A stretch of 63,961 bases of DNA, filler included, from Licmophora abbreviata (Eukaryota): assembly GCA_900291995.1 (NCBI GenBank). It is 9 parts of 9 records of this genome, joined end to end, with 100 filler letters (N's around TTAATTAATTAA, not from the genome) between each part and the next. Parts side by side here need not be neighbours in the genome. Positions count along the whole stretch, not along the records: positions 11,773 to 28,746 come from OLMU01000773.1; positions 28,847 to 30,933 come from OLMU01000777.1; positions 31,034 to 33,637 come from OLMU01000778.1; 6 more parts are not named here. One strand, written 5' to 3'. Under the pieces are notes generated by a model, which had not been told where the DNA came from, did no database searches, and saw nothing but the letters and a program-made list of their open reading frames with translations. The position numbers were made by a program, and so were the translations under genes. Of the stretch, positions 20,810-32,100 are shown piece after piece (within the stretch, counting starts at the first letter, position 1; each line of letters begins with the position of its first letter).

Positions 20810-21562
20810 TTACACGGCACCTCCCTGGCGGCGCTCTACAGCGACCACGTGGGAGATGATGACAAACACAGCGTGCAACACCGAGTCGGATCCCTTGGCC
20901 AAGTCCATAGCGACGAAGTCGGCGCCGATGATGGGCTTCTCTTTCTTCCATAGCCACGAACCAACGATCTTGGGCTCCTTCTTGCTGTTCTTCTTCTTGT
21001 GGGGCACGACAGATTCGAAGCGCTCCGGGATTCCGTAAATGGTATCAACCTTGAGGACTGTAGGGCCGAGGACGCCGCCCCCCTTGGCAGCACGCACGCT
21101 ACCATCCGTAGGAGTAGGACCAAACATCTTGATCTCCGCAGTCTTGCGATTGTCGTCGTACTGGATGTAGGCACGCTTGTAGCAGTCTTCGCCCGTCTTC
21201 TCGGATGCGCCTTCATCCTTGCCCTGGCCGGGGAAGGTGGGCTCGCCAACCTTGTAGATGATCCAGTTAATCTTCGTCTGACTGGATCCAACACGAACAA
21301 GAACATTTCCTTCCGCATCCTTAAGGTCAAAGCCTGCACCGATGCCCTCATTGTTTTCGGAGGTGTACATCACAGAGCCGCTAGCATCCTTAACTTCAGC
21401 GGCGAACTTCTTCTTCTTGTTCCACTGGACGAGCCCACCGGTAGGCCAAACCGTCATTTTCATGAACTCAGAAGTCGGCGGGCTTCCATCGATGGTGTCA
21501 TCAGAGCTGGTAAGCCCTCCTTTCTTGGCAGTGAGGTCGGGAAGCGATTGTTTGGCGCCCAT
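20810..21562 (-). CDS. Hypothetical protein with N-myristoylation motif; LURP-one/tubby/scramblase-like fold suspected
   Basis: MGAKQS start; repeated xKDAxGxV beta-hairpins; C-terminal DLAKGSDSVLHAVFVII helix; strong C/G third-position codon bias. Confidence 0.65.
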   Translation of the reverse strand: MGAKQSLPDLTAKKGGLTSSDDTIDGSPPTSEFMKMTVWPTGGLVQWNKKKKFAAEVKDASGSVMYTSENNEGIGAGFDLKDAEGNVLVRVGSSQTKINWIIYKVGEPTFPGQGKDEGASEKTGEDCYKRAYIQYDDNRKTAEIKMFGPTPTDGSVRAAKGGGVLGPTVLKVDTIYGIPERFESVVPHKKKNSKKEPKIVGSWLWKKEKPIIGADFVAMDLAKGSDSVLHAVFVIISHVVAVERRQGGAV

Positions 21563-22514
21563 GGTGGTGATGAGTATTATCTGTATCTTCTTGACAGCTT
21601 GCAAAAAGTGAACTTGGTTAGATTCGCCTTTTCTCCCGTTTCGAACATCTAACGCTGTCATCCTACGAGGGAACCAGTACAAAGCGCTGTGTGTTCCAAA
21701 AGATCACAGTCCCTCTACGCAAAATTTCGCGCGAAGCAGAATCTTCGGGGAATCTTCTGAATGTACCAAGTTGCATGTAGAAAGCGTCGTATGTTGAAAG
21801 ATACCGGTTGTCACACTTGATGCGAAGCGCAAGTGCAAAGCGAACCTGTGGTTCCGTTTGCGTCGTACGGGTATGGGTATACTATTGCAAACTATTGTAG
21901 CTAGCAGATAACGCGTCTATCGTAATAAGAATAGCTCTTCTGGTCGCTCCATACTACTATCTAAGTGATAATCTGGTCGAGAAGCATTGGACGAGAAATC
22001 AGATTCTCTATCAAGGAAAAAAATATCGTCTATCACAGGCAAATCAATTGACGACAAGAAGTATTAGACTGACTCAACTCTGCTGCTTTATACTACAGTG
22101 CGTGCATGCTACGCTGCAGAGCCGGTGTACCGGTGCCCCAGCTACTCTGGGAGCTCCTAGTCGATCACCAGATGCCGAGGAGACGTCTCTTCTCACAATT
22201 TGAAGGTCGGTTCTGATGTCCCAACTGTGGCCGTACCTAGCAGACGCTTGAGAGTCACGCCTGGTGTCACCCTTAGGTGGTATGCTCTGTCGCGTTCGTA
22301 CAACACGGAAAAGCATTTTACGGATGTGCTATTCATTCATGATGCTGCTAAAACTAAAAAAGCGCAAAAAGAGCGTAGATTCTCGTTAAACAACTACGAT
22401 ATGCCGCTATCACCGAAACCCCGCGAACGACACAACACAGAGAGCACTATGAAATATAGGATCCGCGAATATACGAGTCATAGTGTGCAGACCAGGTAGA
22501 AAGCGTAAGTCATA

Positions 22515-24002
22515 TCAAGCAATGTTCGGAAGATTTTGCCTATCCTCCTCGGATTCTTTTGGGCCTTCCTCCTCATACGGGTCCTCTTCAATGCTGTCAA
22601 GCGTTTGCATCAGCTCTTGTTCACTGAGCCGCTGAGACGATTGCTTCTTCTTCTTCTTCTTTCGACGTTTGTTGTGCGAAGAAGCAGTGCGAGCTGGGTT
22701 ATCCGATGAACTAGTGGAGAGCGACGCAGTTCCATCGTCGGCCACAAACTCACTAGTCTTGTGCAGATCATTTTGTGGCTTGAGTGCTAGCGCGTCGTGT
22801 GCCGCCATCGAAGCAGGATCAACGCTGCTTCTCGTGAATACAGTAGGAGCAGTCGCTGCCACAGCAGTCGTGGCGACTGGCAACAACTCAGAAGTGTCAC
22901 GTTCCTCCATATCCCGTTCTAGGGCGTCCGGGTCGTCGAAGACAACTTTGTTGCGTTCATCACTGTCGCTGCGCTTTCGTTTACGCACCAAGAGGAGCAT
23001 GAATGCCAGCAGCACGAAGAGACAGATACTTCCAAGGCTGATTAGCGCAATCCCAGCATCGGAGAGACCACGGCCACTTGAGGTTTCCGGCTCCTCGACT
23101 GCGGGGACAACGGGCGAGCCCGGTGTTCGATCCCCAATGAAGGATACTTTCTTAATGTTCCCAAAGAGGTATGTATCGTCCTTCATTCCAAGACGAATCG
23201 TCAAAAGGATGTCACTTCGGACAGCGGCCTCGATCTCCGAGACCGGTGTCTGGCTATCAGTGCGGATAGTGGCCATGAGGGATCCCTTCATTGGCTGGCA
23301 CAAGGAGCCGCGTGTTTCGGTTTCCTGCACAGGAACTATACAAGCGCCAACCGCTGTAGAATCCAACGAGTCAAATAAAAAATGTCAGCTACAGCTCAGC
23401 GTTCGACAACACGTTAGACGCCTCTAACAATTCCGTGGACTTACGAAACTGCGGGTCGGGAACATCAACTGGTTCCGAGTTGACAATCACGACACTATCC
23501 AAGTTTTGCTGCAATGCTCGTCGTACGGGCGGATCGCGCATGCGAACTGTCGAAGTAACAGGACAGTTATCAAGTCCAGACCCTGAAGCCACGTGCTGCA
23601 AGATGTTGGTCTCTAGAGCTTGAACCGTTAAGGTAAAGTTACCGGCCGGCCGGTAGTGTAGTTCGTAATCGAAGTCAACCTGAACGTCAGCAAGGTCGGT
23701 GTTTGGAAGTCCATGTGTACATTCGTAGCGGGTAATGCTGCAAGGATCGTCTTCTGTTGTATCATGAAAAGAGGCAGTAAGACACGTGTATGTGAGTTTG
23801 AAGGGTCGTTCAGGGTGGGGGGATTATGATGAGTATATTCCTGCAACGTACCAAAGATGTTGGGGTCGATCGGGTCGTTGCTCACACGAACATAGCAGGG
23901 CGTGACAATCGTATAAGCTTCAAACGGGTCTTCTGTGGTGTCATCCTCCGCGAGGACTCTCTCAATAGAGGGCAACTCGCCTCGACGTCGAAGGACATTC
24001 AT
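22515..24002 (-). CDS. Single-pass membrane protein with Cys-containing ectodomain, 3 exons; 5' end uncertain
   Basis: Introns 23851-23754 and 23444-23354 join the frames (..PNIF E DDPC..VDFDYEL..SEPVD..F P VGAC). TM GIALISLGSICLFVLLAFMLLLV followed by RKRKR; acidic/basic tail. Confidence 0.75.
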
Positions 24003-24634
24003 AGTTTCAACAGGGGGCAAAAGGTGATAGTGTCCGTGTTTGGAATGTCAACTGTAAGTGTCACTACTGCCGCGGTTCTCCTCTCCCGGATTCACCAAAT
24101 TTTCGTTTGAATTTTCAATCTTCCAAGTATGCCACCACAAAGACTCTATGCACATACGCCGTCGTTCTCGGATAGCCAGTCAAGAGAGGCGCGAATGACT
24201 TCCAGATGAGTGTGTCCATACTCCCTCATGGTCAGCGCCGCGCGACCCAAATTTCCCAACGCCGATGGATGTCGTCTCAACCACCATAAACATTCCTCAA
24301 GGCTGAATAGAAGCATTCGGCAATGCGAGATGAAAAGAGCTCCAAATATCTTATAATTATACAGACACTTAGTTAATTTATAAGATAAAACATGGTCTTT
24401 CCGTCAGCGCGCCTCTGCGAATGTTGAAGGTGATGCGAGCGTGACGTGTGTGATGCGAAAAGATGAAGAGAACAAAACGCGCGTGTGTATCGCGACGGCG
24501 ATGTCAAACAAGAGGGTTTTGATGAATCTGTGGACGAGAGTGACACATCATAGTATGCCTTTGGTACTGCTGGTTGAGTAAGCCAAACCCTGTCTTCACA
24601 GCTTACTTGCAATGGATGGACAAAGATTTCAGTC

Positions 24635-27529
24635 ATGGTGAAGAATCGGAACTGGCAAAATCGGGTAGAGAACGCAGAGGCTCGCCGTTCGGCGGCCAAG
24701 ATTCGAAAGCAGAGACGCGACAACAAGGGCGTCCACAAGGCCCTTGTGCACGAGATGCTGGCATGTTTGGATCGCCATTGGGATGCTCTTCAACAGACGG
24801 CTAAGCAAGAGAAGTCAACTTCAGGGTACGAAATTCATGTTTGGACGGACTCGATTCCGTCGGACAGTCCTGACTTGATGTATCAGCTCTATGACGAACA
24901 AGAGAGCGGCAAGGGGGGAAAGTCAAGGCGATCTCGGTCGGGGTCTCTTGGCGGAGAGCCATCAAGACAGAAAGGTAGAAGGCGCTCCAATTCAATTAAT
25001 GAAGCACCTTCGAGTGCGAAGAAGAAGGTCCATCCCCGAAGCAAGGAGGCCGCGCAGGATGCAGACGCGGATGACACAGCTAGTATACCGAGGCTGTGCC
25101 GCGACCACTTCTTCCTAGGGCGATGCGAAGGACACGTTGGAGGCAAAAAGGGAATCGGATGCCGCTTTGCTCACTATCCGGTACGTTTCAAGACTTTGGC
25201 GAAGGTTTTGACGGACAAGAGCAAAGGTTTGGGGTCAAAGGAGGTTCTGTCCCTTTCCGCCGATGCGGCTTTCGCCCAGGTAGGATCAGACATGACTGAC
25301 GAAGGGGACATGGACATGGTCTACTACTTTTCGCTACCGCTTCACCAAAATATAGTTTCTGGAGGAAACGAGGACGGCCCTGGGCGATCTGCCAGTGATG
25401 TGATCGCGGAAGCATTATCAGCAAGAGACTGTGGTATTGGTAGCGTTGTGTACCTGTCCATCGGCGACGTTCTTGTGTTCGATCGGTATCAAGAGGGCCT
25501 AGTTGTGACCGATGAAGCTTTGGAGATGAATCTGATAGAAATTGACTACCGTCGACTCAGATCGTCGTCCATCATTAGTGAAGATGGCGAAGATACTCTT
25601 CTTCGGTCAGTTGAGGACGACATGATTCTTCCCGGGCAGGTCTTGGAGTACATTCTGACATTCCTACCAGTTCAGTCCGTCGCCGCAATGTCGTTAGTCT
25701 GCAATTCCTGGTTCCGCGAAATCGGTAAACATTCGCCTGAACTCTGGCGGCATTTGCTACAGCGTCGCGACTGGCCGCTTCCAGAGCAGAGCGGGGATAT
25801 CGCCGCGGAGGGGTGTACAGCCCGAGACACCTTTCGAAATTGCTTTCTCTCGCACTACACCGTAATGAGAGACGTCGAAGCGATCGGTTCTGCAACGAAC
25901 GCCATTGCTAGTTCAACCAAGAAAACTGTCGCAGAGAGGGAAATGGTCTACCAGATTTTCTCACACAGACGTCTGGCGCCTCAATATCCAAACGGATGCA
26001 TTTGTGTTCGAGTGTGGTCTTCGTGTCGAGTGCTTGCGGCGTACGCGCACGACTGCACTCTCCGCTTGTTCAAGGCTGTTGGTAAGGCTTCCGACTCGAA
26101 CAGCCTTCGTGCATGTCGCGAACAGGTTTGCGTGTCTGTGGATCCGTACAAGAACACACGCAAGCGAAGATGTAGATTGGTTGGAGTTGATCTGGACGAA
26201 GACTGCATTGGGAGCCTCTTGCATGTAATGGCAGAGTCCGACGAGCATGAAGCGTATATTCTCGCGGTAATGAGTCGTGATGATTTTCTCTGTTCTGCAG
26301 AAGGGAGTTCAAGTGGCGACTCGGGCGGCTCAACTGTTGAAGATGGCACTCTCCATGTTATCGATATCGGAGAAGCCGTCCTGAATTTCATTCTAAGTAG
26401 TGATGAGATCGACCACCGTCTGCTTCGCCTCTTTGACTTTCTAACAGACGGCGGCGACGTGTCGGATGTCGAGGTACTTGTGTCACAGAGCTTTGTGGCT
26501 TGCGGCTACGGAAGATTCTTAGTGGAGATTGCGATCTCGATCCCAACTCTACAGTTCGACGAGGACGATGAAGACGAGGTCGATGCAGCAATGATACTGC
26601 TTGATCGGAAACTTGTTCTCCTATCAGCAACCGCAGGTGCTATTGTTTGGATGGGAGATAGCAATCCAACCGACGCCTCGCTCCCGCGACATGAGGACTT
26701 GACGATGGCTTGCTTAAGAAGGCCACATCCGGGAGGAAGTCGCACTGCTTGCAGCCTCGCGATTGTTTCATCGTCTTCTCCATTGATTTTGTCTGCCGAG
26801 ATTTTCCCGACAGGTCAGGTCCAGAGTGCACAATCTGTGATGGCTGCCGAGGCTGTACGAAATGAGATTGTTCGTGACGACTGGCAGTTTCAGCAACTTC
26901 ACGATCGCCCAGTTGCTATATCCGGCACTGATATCGTGTCTGCAGATGTCGTCTATCGAGAAACGAACAATGGCACGACTGTCTGGAGATCGATAGTCTC
27001 GTTCTATTCCCGATACGAAGCGGATGTCCCCTATACGACTCTTACGCTTAAGGGTGACTGCGAGGCTATTCGTATGGAAAGAATCCGAGACGAACATGTC
27101 CTTGTGCTCTGTCGCGTGCGGGAGCCGGTCTCGGCAAGAAATGTGGAGGAACAGCCCAACGAGGAGCACGAAAACGAATCTGCCGACGCCCGACAGAGAG
27201 TTCGAATTCACGCAATAATCGTACATGTGCTGTCAAGGAGCGAGATCCATCGGGTCTGTTTACTGGACGATGCAGGTGCTTTTGAGGCATCGACGTCATA
27301 CGATGTGCCCATATTTTTCGCCTCTTCGGAGGATACAGTTGCTGCCGGCGTCTGGTGGAAAGGTCTTGTGATGACAGGCGAAGATGTCAGAGCTGTTGGA
27401 GCATGTGCGCCACCAAGCACAGAAACGGAAGAAAGGACCAGTGCCAAGAAGCCAAAGAAGAAGGGCAAGGGAGCCAAGAAACAACAAAAGAAAGACGGTT
27501 TTGCAAGAGGGATGAGCCTGCGTGGCTGA
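24635..27529 (+). CDS. F-box protein with N-terminal CCCH zinc finger
   Basis: 964-aa ORF. CRDHFFLGRC..GCRFAH (CCCH); LPGQVLEYILTFLPVQSVAAMSLVCNSW (F-box); beta-rich C-terminal half; basic NLS-like ends. Confidence 0.82.
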   Translation: MVKNRNWQNRVENAEARRSAAKIRKQRRDNKGVHKALVHEMLACLDRHWDALQQTAKQEKSTSGYEIHVWTDSIPSDSPDLMYQLYDEQESGKGGKSRRSRSGSLGGEPSRQKGRRRSNSINEAPSSAKKKVHPRSKEAAQDADADDTASIPRLCRDHFFLGRCEGHVGGKKGIGCRFAHYPVRFKTLAKVLTDKSKGLGSKEVLSLSADAAFAQVGSDMTDEGDMDMVYYFSLPLHQNIVSGGNEDGPGRSASDVIAEALSARDCGIGSVVYLSIGDVLVFDRYQEGLVVTDEALEMNLIEIDYRRLRSSSIISEDGEDTLLRSVEDDMILPGQVLEYILTFLPVQSVAAMSLVCNSWFREIGKHSPELWRHLLQRRDWPLPEQSGDIAAEGCTARDTFRNCFLSHYTVMRDVEAIGSATNAIASSTKKTVAEREMVYQIFSHRRLAPQYPNGCICVRVWSSCRVLAAYAHDCTLRLFKAVGKASDSNSLRACREQVCVSVDPYKNTRKRRCRLVGVDLDEDCIGSLLHVMAESDEHEAYILAVMSRDDFLCSAEGSSSGDSGGSTVEDGTLHVIDIGEAVLNFILSSDEIDHRLLRLFDFLTDGGDVSDVEVLVSQSFVACGYGRFLVEIAISIPTLQFDEDDEDEVDAAMILLDRKLVLLSATAGAIVWMGDSNPTDASLPRHEDLTMACLRRPHPGGSRTACSLAIVSSSSPLILSAEIFPTGQVQSAQSVMAAEAVRNEIVRDDWQFQQLHDRPVAISGTDIVSADVVYRETNNGTTVWRSIVSFYSRYEADVPYTTLTLKGDCEAIRMERIRDEHVLVLCRVREPVSARNVEEQPNEEHENESADARQRVRIHAIIVHVLSRSEIHRVCLLDDAGAFEASTSYDVPIFFASSEDTVAAGVWWKGLVMTGEDVRAVGACAPPSTETEERTSAKKPKKKGKGAKKQQKKDGFARGMSLRG

Positions 27530-27693
27530 TGATAACGGTGGCTAAGGAATAAGCAGGGATGCCTAACTAGGACGCATCGAGGGACTGATACATGCAATCC
27601 ATCGTCCAACGAAACGACACGGCGCCAAGCTCTCGTTCCAAAGTCTCCAAATATGATCTTCATGTCATATCCATTACCAGCGATTCCACTGAT

Positions 27694-28746
27694 CTAGCGT
27701 TCGAGATACGTCGCCTCTTCCCATGGGAGGCCTTCCATTCCATGGCCTTCGATCCACTCTCGGAGACAACTGCCAGTTTCACTAGCGGCTCCTTGTGACC
27801 TGTTATGGTCATGTGGAGTGCGAAGCTCCTTCGGCTGCGATGCCACGACCATTGGAGGTTTCGAAGATATAGCCGAAATGTGAATAGACATGGTGACGGA
27901 CTTGCAAGCCGCATCTCGTTGTATCGAGGAGTATGACTTTGCATAGAGCTTGTGGACAAACGCAGCTCGACCTGACACGAGGGAGTATCGTCCAGTGCCA
28001 CGACGAATTATACCCATCGAGTAGTCGCCCTCTTCACCATGGGTCAACGGAATGAACCCGACCATGCGGTCGCGGTTCTTCAGCCAAATGGAAAAGGCTA
28101 TGGCAGCAACGGAGAAAGAAGAAAGGGCAAATGAGTAAATGATCTAAATTTCCAAAATTCACATGTCATGCCGGGGTAGGCCCACATACAACAACTCACC
28201 TCGCTCCAGCTCATCACAGGTGAGCACTACATCCTCGTCCAGCATGAGTACACCGTCGGCGACGGTACCTTCTTCGGCGGTGGTCACTTTTCGGCTTTTA
28301 TGACGAATGAGCTTCCGCGGAAGGCGCAGTTCAGACTGCCAGTGAACCTGCACTTGATCGACCATCGGACAGTGGGCGTGAGCATCGATAGACTGCTGAA
28401 TCAAGTCTAGGCGACGTCCAGAGAGCTGAATGGTAAACGAGCGAGCTGGGTGTGTTTTCCAGATGGCTTGAAGAATCAAAGGAGCATCAAGTGCCATGAA
28501 GCTCTTCCACCTGTCGTTACCGAGGCGGACAGGGAAGGCATGGGGTCTGAGTTCGTATGCAGCTCGGTGAGACACCATGACGACGAGAGCGACCATCGGC
28601 AGGATGACAAGCCACCTTGGGTACTTTTTCAAGTGACCTGTAGGTGAATTATAGAACTTCTTGCCATGGTTGACACTGTCCCGTCGGGGGCATTCAAGGG
28701 GTTCTTCTCGGATGTCGGTCAAAACGTGCTGTCTCCTGAAAACTTC
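27694..28746 (-). CDS. Second, divergent GT64/EXTL2-like type II membrane protein; 5' end in gap
   Basis: TM helix; C..V.QVQVHW; VLMLDEDVV.TCDELER|AFSIW.KNRDRMVGF across intron 28199-28098; YSLV..RAAFVHK.Y. Confidence 0.72.
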
Positions 28747-29179
28747 NNNNNNNNNNNNNNNNNNNNNNNNNNNNNNNNNNNNNNNNNNNNTTAATTAATT
28801 AANNNNNNNNNNNNNNNNNNNNNNNNNNNNNNNNNNNNNNNNNNNNTCCATGGTCTGCAATAAAGGAAGCCTTCAGCTTAGGTAGTCCGATGTGATGCTG
28901 TTTGTCTCCTGACATTTCGCGAAGAGCTGGGATCCGTTCGAGAAGTGTCAGTGAGGCCCTTCACTGTACGAGCTATTTAACGCCTGGTCATTGGCACAGG
29001 TCATCGTTCGTCATGCCAGCGATGACTCCACTCACTCCAATCATCCACGGATTACAGATATATTCGAAAAGGTCCAACGGGCTTGATCAGTGACCCAAAG
29101 TGCTGTGTGAAAACACGTGCGGTCACTTTTTTCAACATTTTGGAGAAAGTCCAAACACCTCTTTCAGAAAGTTTGAAGC

Positions 29180-31548
29180 ATGGAGTTTCTGGCTGATAGC
29201 ATTGGACTTTTGGACTATGCGTCCAATCCGAAGGAAATTGTGAAGAAAGAGCCTCGAGTGCTTCCTTGTGATTATGACAAGAGCGACAAAACTTACGACG
29301 ACAACGACGATGAAGATTGTATTTTCTCGAAGTATGTTAAGGAGAAAGTCTGTCACAACGGAGCGATCTTTACGGGTCGAGTGGATGCACTCACAGGAGA
29401 GCTTCTACACGGATATGGTCTCTATGTAGAGCAGCAGGAAGCCTATGAAGGTCCTTTCAACAAGGAAGGGCAACGACATGGACAGGGTGCTGTGTGCACC
29501 AAGCTCGATGGAAGTGGAAAGTTTCTGGGAAGGTAAGAAAATACAAATGGCAATGTGCTCACCATCATACCTACAGCACGTACGTACAATGAGCTCAACG
29601 CATTTTTCCTTCATTCAACAGCTTCCAGAACGACAGCTTCCACTATGGCACTTACGTGACCAACGAATTCACGTACACAGGATCCTTCGGAGAGGCATCT
29701 TTATTCGAGGGCACGGGTACCCTGATGAAGGACGATGGGACTCTCTACGAAGGTCAGTTCAGTAATGGAGTCTATCATGGTCGGGGAAGACTGGTGGAGA
29801 CGGAGAATCGAACTTTTGATGGATGTTTTGTAAATGGAGAAAAGCATGGAGTCGGAAAGCTGACGTATGAGACAGACAAGTGCGGCTCTTACTGCTATCG
29901 CGGCGATTGGAAACACAACACGATGAATGGAAATGGGACCGAAACGATAGAATCAGAAAGATCATCATATACAGGGGAGTTCCAAGAAAACCTTCGACAT
30001 GGCGTTGGAACTTTGAAATGCCCAAATGCCGAAATGACTGGTTCGTGGTGTAAGGGCCGGCCAGTAGACGGGCACGGGTGGGTTGTCAACTACCCAAAGA
30101 AAAACATCTCCTACGTTGGAGAGGTGATGGGATGCCGTCCGCATGGTCAAGGGACTATGGTCTATCGCCCAGAGAGCGGAGGTACTACTGTCTATGAGGG
30201 CTCGTTTCGATGTGGTCTCAGACACGGTAGGGGGAAGATTGTCTCGGATGAAGAAGGTGAATACGATGGCGAATGGCGCGGAGACGAGCCCCTTGCAAAT
30301 CTGAATGGCCACGACGCAGTTGTTTCCACCAAGCAAACCCAAGCTGAATCCACAGAGCATATGCTTGAAATTCTTGGGCCAAAGGCCGACAAAGAGTTCA
30401 TCAGCAGCTCATCGGTCCCGGAGCTTCTGGAGCTCCTCGAGTCCAGTTGCAGTGATTTCTCGGACAGCAACCATTTTGTCGGCTCGTTGGCTTCAAGCTC
30501 ATCTTGCCATTCAGCCGAATCAACTTATTTGAACTACAAGGGCGCCAAGAGCGTCGGTGATGACGAGTGGGTCTACGATAACGGCGACACCTACTCTGGT
30601 CATATTGACGCTTTCCAGAATCGACACGGATTTGGTATCTTCACCCACACTTGTACCGGAACAGTGTATAGTGGAGAGTGGAACATGTCGAGGAGAAACG
30701 GAAGAGGAAACCAGACGAATCCTCTGACAGGTGTCCAATACTCTGGAGATTTTGTTGCCAACACGATGAAAGGCAAAGGCCAAATGACTCTAACTGATGG
30801 ATCGAAGTACAGCGGAGAGTTTTGTGATGGCATTATGCACGGTCGCGGTAGATTCGCTGATGCTATTTGTGGATCGAGCTACGTCGGGCGCTTCGAATTT
30901 GGTGTAAAGCACGGTGAGGGGGAAGAAACCACGNNNNNNNNNNNNNNNNNNNNNNNNNNNNNNNNNNNNNNNNNNNNTTAATTAATTAANNNNNNNNNNN
31001 NNNNNNNNNNNNNNNNNNNNNNNNNNNNNNNNNGTGGGGAGTTTCGCAACGGGAAACAGTGCGGTCAAGGCTCATTGTACGAGATTGATGGAGAGACGAA
31101 GAAGCTGGTCTACAAGGGCCAGTGGGAAGATGGTGCGTTCTCAGGCGCCGGCGAGAAGTACGAGCTCACTAACCCCTCCTGTGCAACATTTCAAGGAGAC
31201 TTCGTCGAAGGAAAGCGCCATGGTCATGGCTCACTAAAGACAATCAGAGAATGTATCTACGAAGGTCCATGGTCAAATGACAAGCCCGAAGATGGAGATT
31301 GGGTGATATCATGTCCCGGCGGATCTGTTTTCTATGGCGCTGCCACCTGCGACCCAGAGAAGGAAAGTGGTCTTCCAATTCCAAATGGCTTCGGAACACA
31401 TAAAGATACGAATGGAGCATTTTACACTGGCTCGTTTGTTGACGGAGAGCGCCATGGATCGGGGCTTTGTGTCTTTAGTGGAGGAGAGCAATGGGATGGA
31501 AAATGGGAAAAGGGGAAATTCGTCAACTACAACCGGGCCTGTCCATGA
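29180..31548 (+). CDS. MORN-repeat protein (two repeat clusters), one intron, spans a gap
   Basis: Many YxGxW/FxxGxxHGxG repeats; intron 29533-29621; repeats continue on both sides of gap 30934-31033. Confidence 0.9.
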
Positions 31549-31813
31549 AGGAACGTCGGTTAGACTAGATCTGTACATAATACCCATAAATCCGACGTGC
31601 TCTCGTCATCTTTTCTTGATTCTGAATCCGGCCGACAATCGAACAATGAACGAAGCATGGAGGAACTGTTTTCGGATATTGAAGAACGGCTCGCGCCCAA
31701 CCTGTTCCAAAGGCTGACACTGGCTTAGTAGGATGAGGTTCCCCTGAACGAGACCCGCCAGTTTGGCAGATCAAAGGGGGGCGATGGCCGAGGGCTGTAG
31801 CGTATGGATTGAC

Positions 31814-31826
31814 TTTTGGCGGGAAA
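31814..31826 (+). promoter_or_regulatory. E2F-like site TTTTGGCGGGAAA upstream of ferroportin
   Basis: Matches the TTTSSCGC-type consensus; exact reverse complement occurs at 56741-56753. Confidence 0.45.
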
Positions 31827-32100
31827 GTCGGCTCAAAAGCTCGCGCGCGCGAGGCCTGCCTCATTTTGTGTCGCGCCAGCAAAAATATCATCGCGTCACC
31901 ACATCTCTTCGCGCGCTGTCTCATCATCGCGTCTTCCTTTTTTCGAAACGACGCGTGCGGATGCTGTTTGCATCATCATTGTTTCGTCGAGGTGTGAGAA
32001 TAGCGTAATCGAACGTGCGAACGTTGTAGCTAGCGGCTGGCGGATTCCCCGTGGCGTACTGCACCTACTAGGCTCTTCACGCACCAGACCGGCAGTCGCA

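Noticed and set aside
20999..23427. Long antisense ORFs 20999-21652 and 22669-23427
   Set aside because: Shadow frames caused by codon bias of the minus-strand genes; no motifs.
31816..32100. N-terminal extensions from TTG/GTG starts in the ORF track (also 11725-13146, 14518, 36533, 59972)
   Set aside because: Eukaryotic genes use ATG; these extensions overlap promoter-like sequence.
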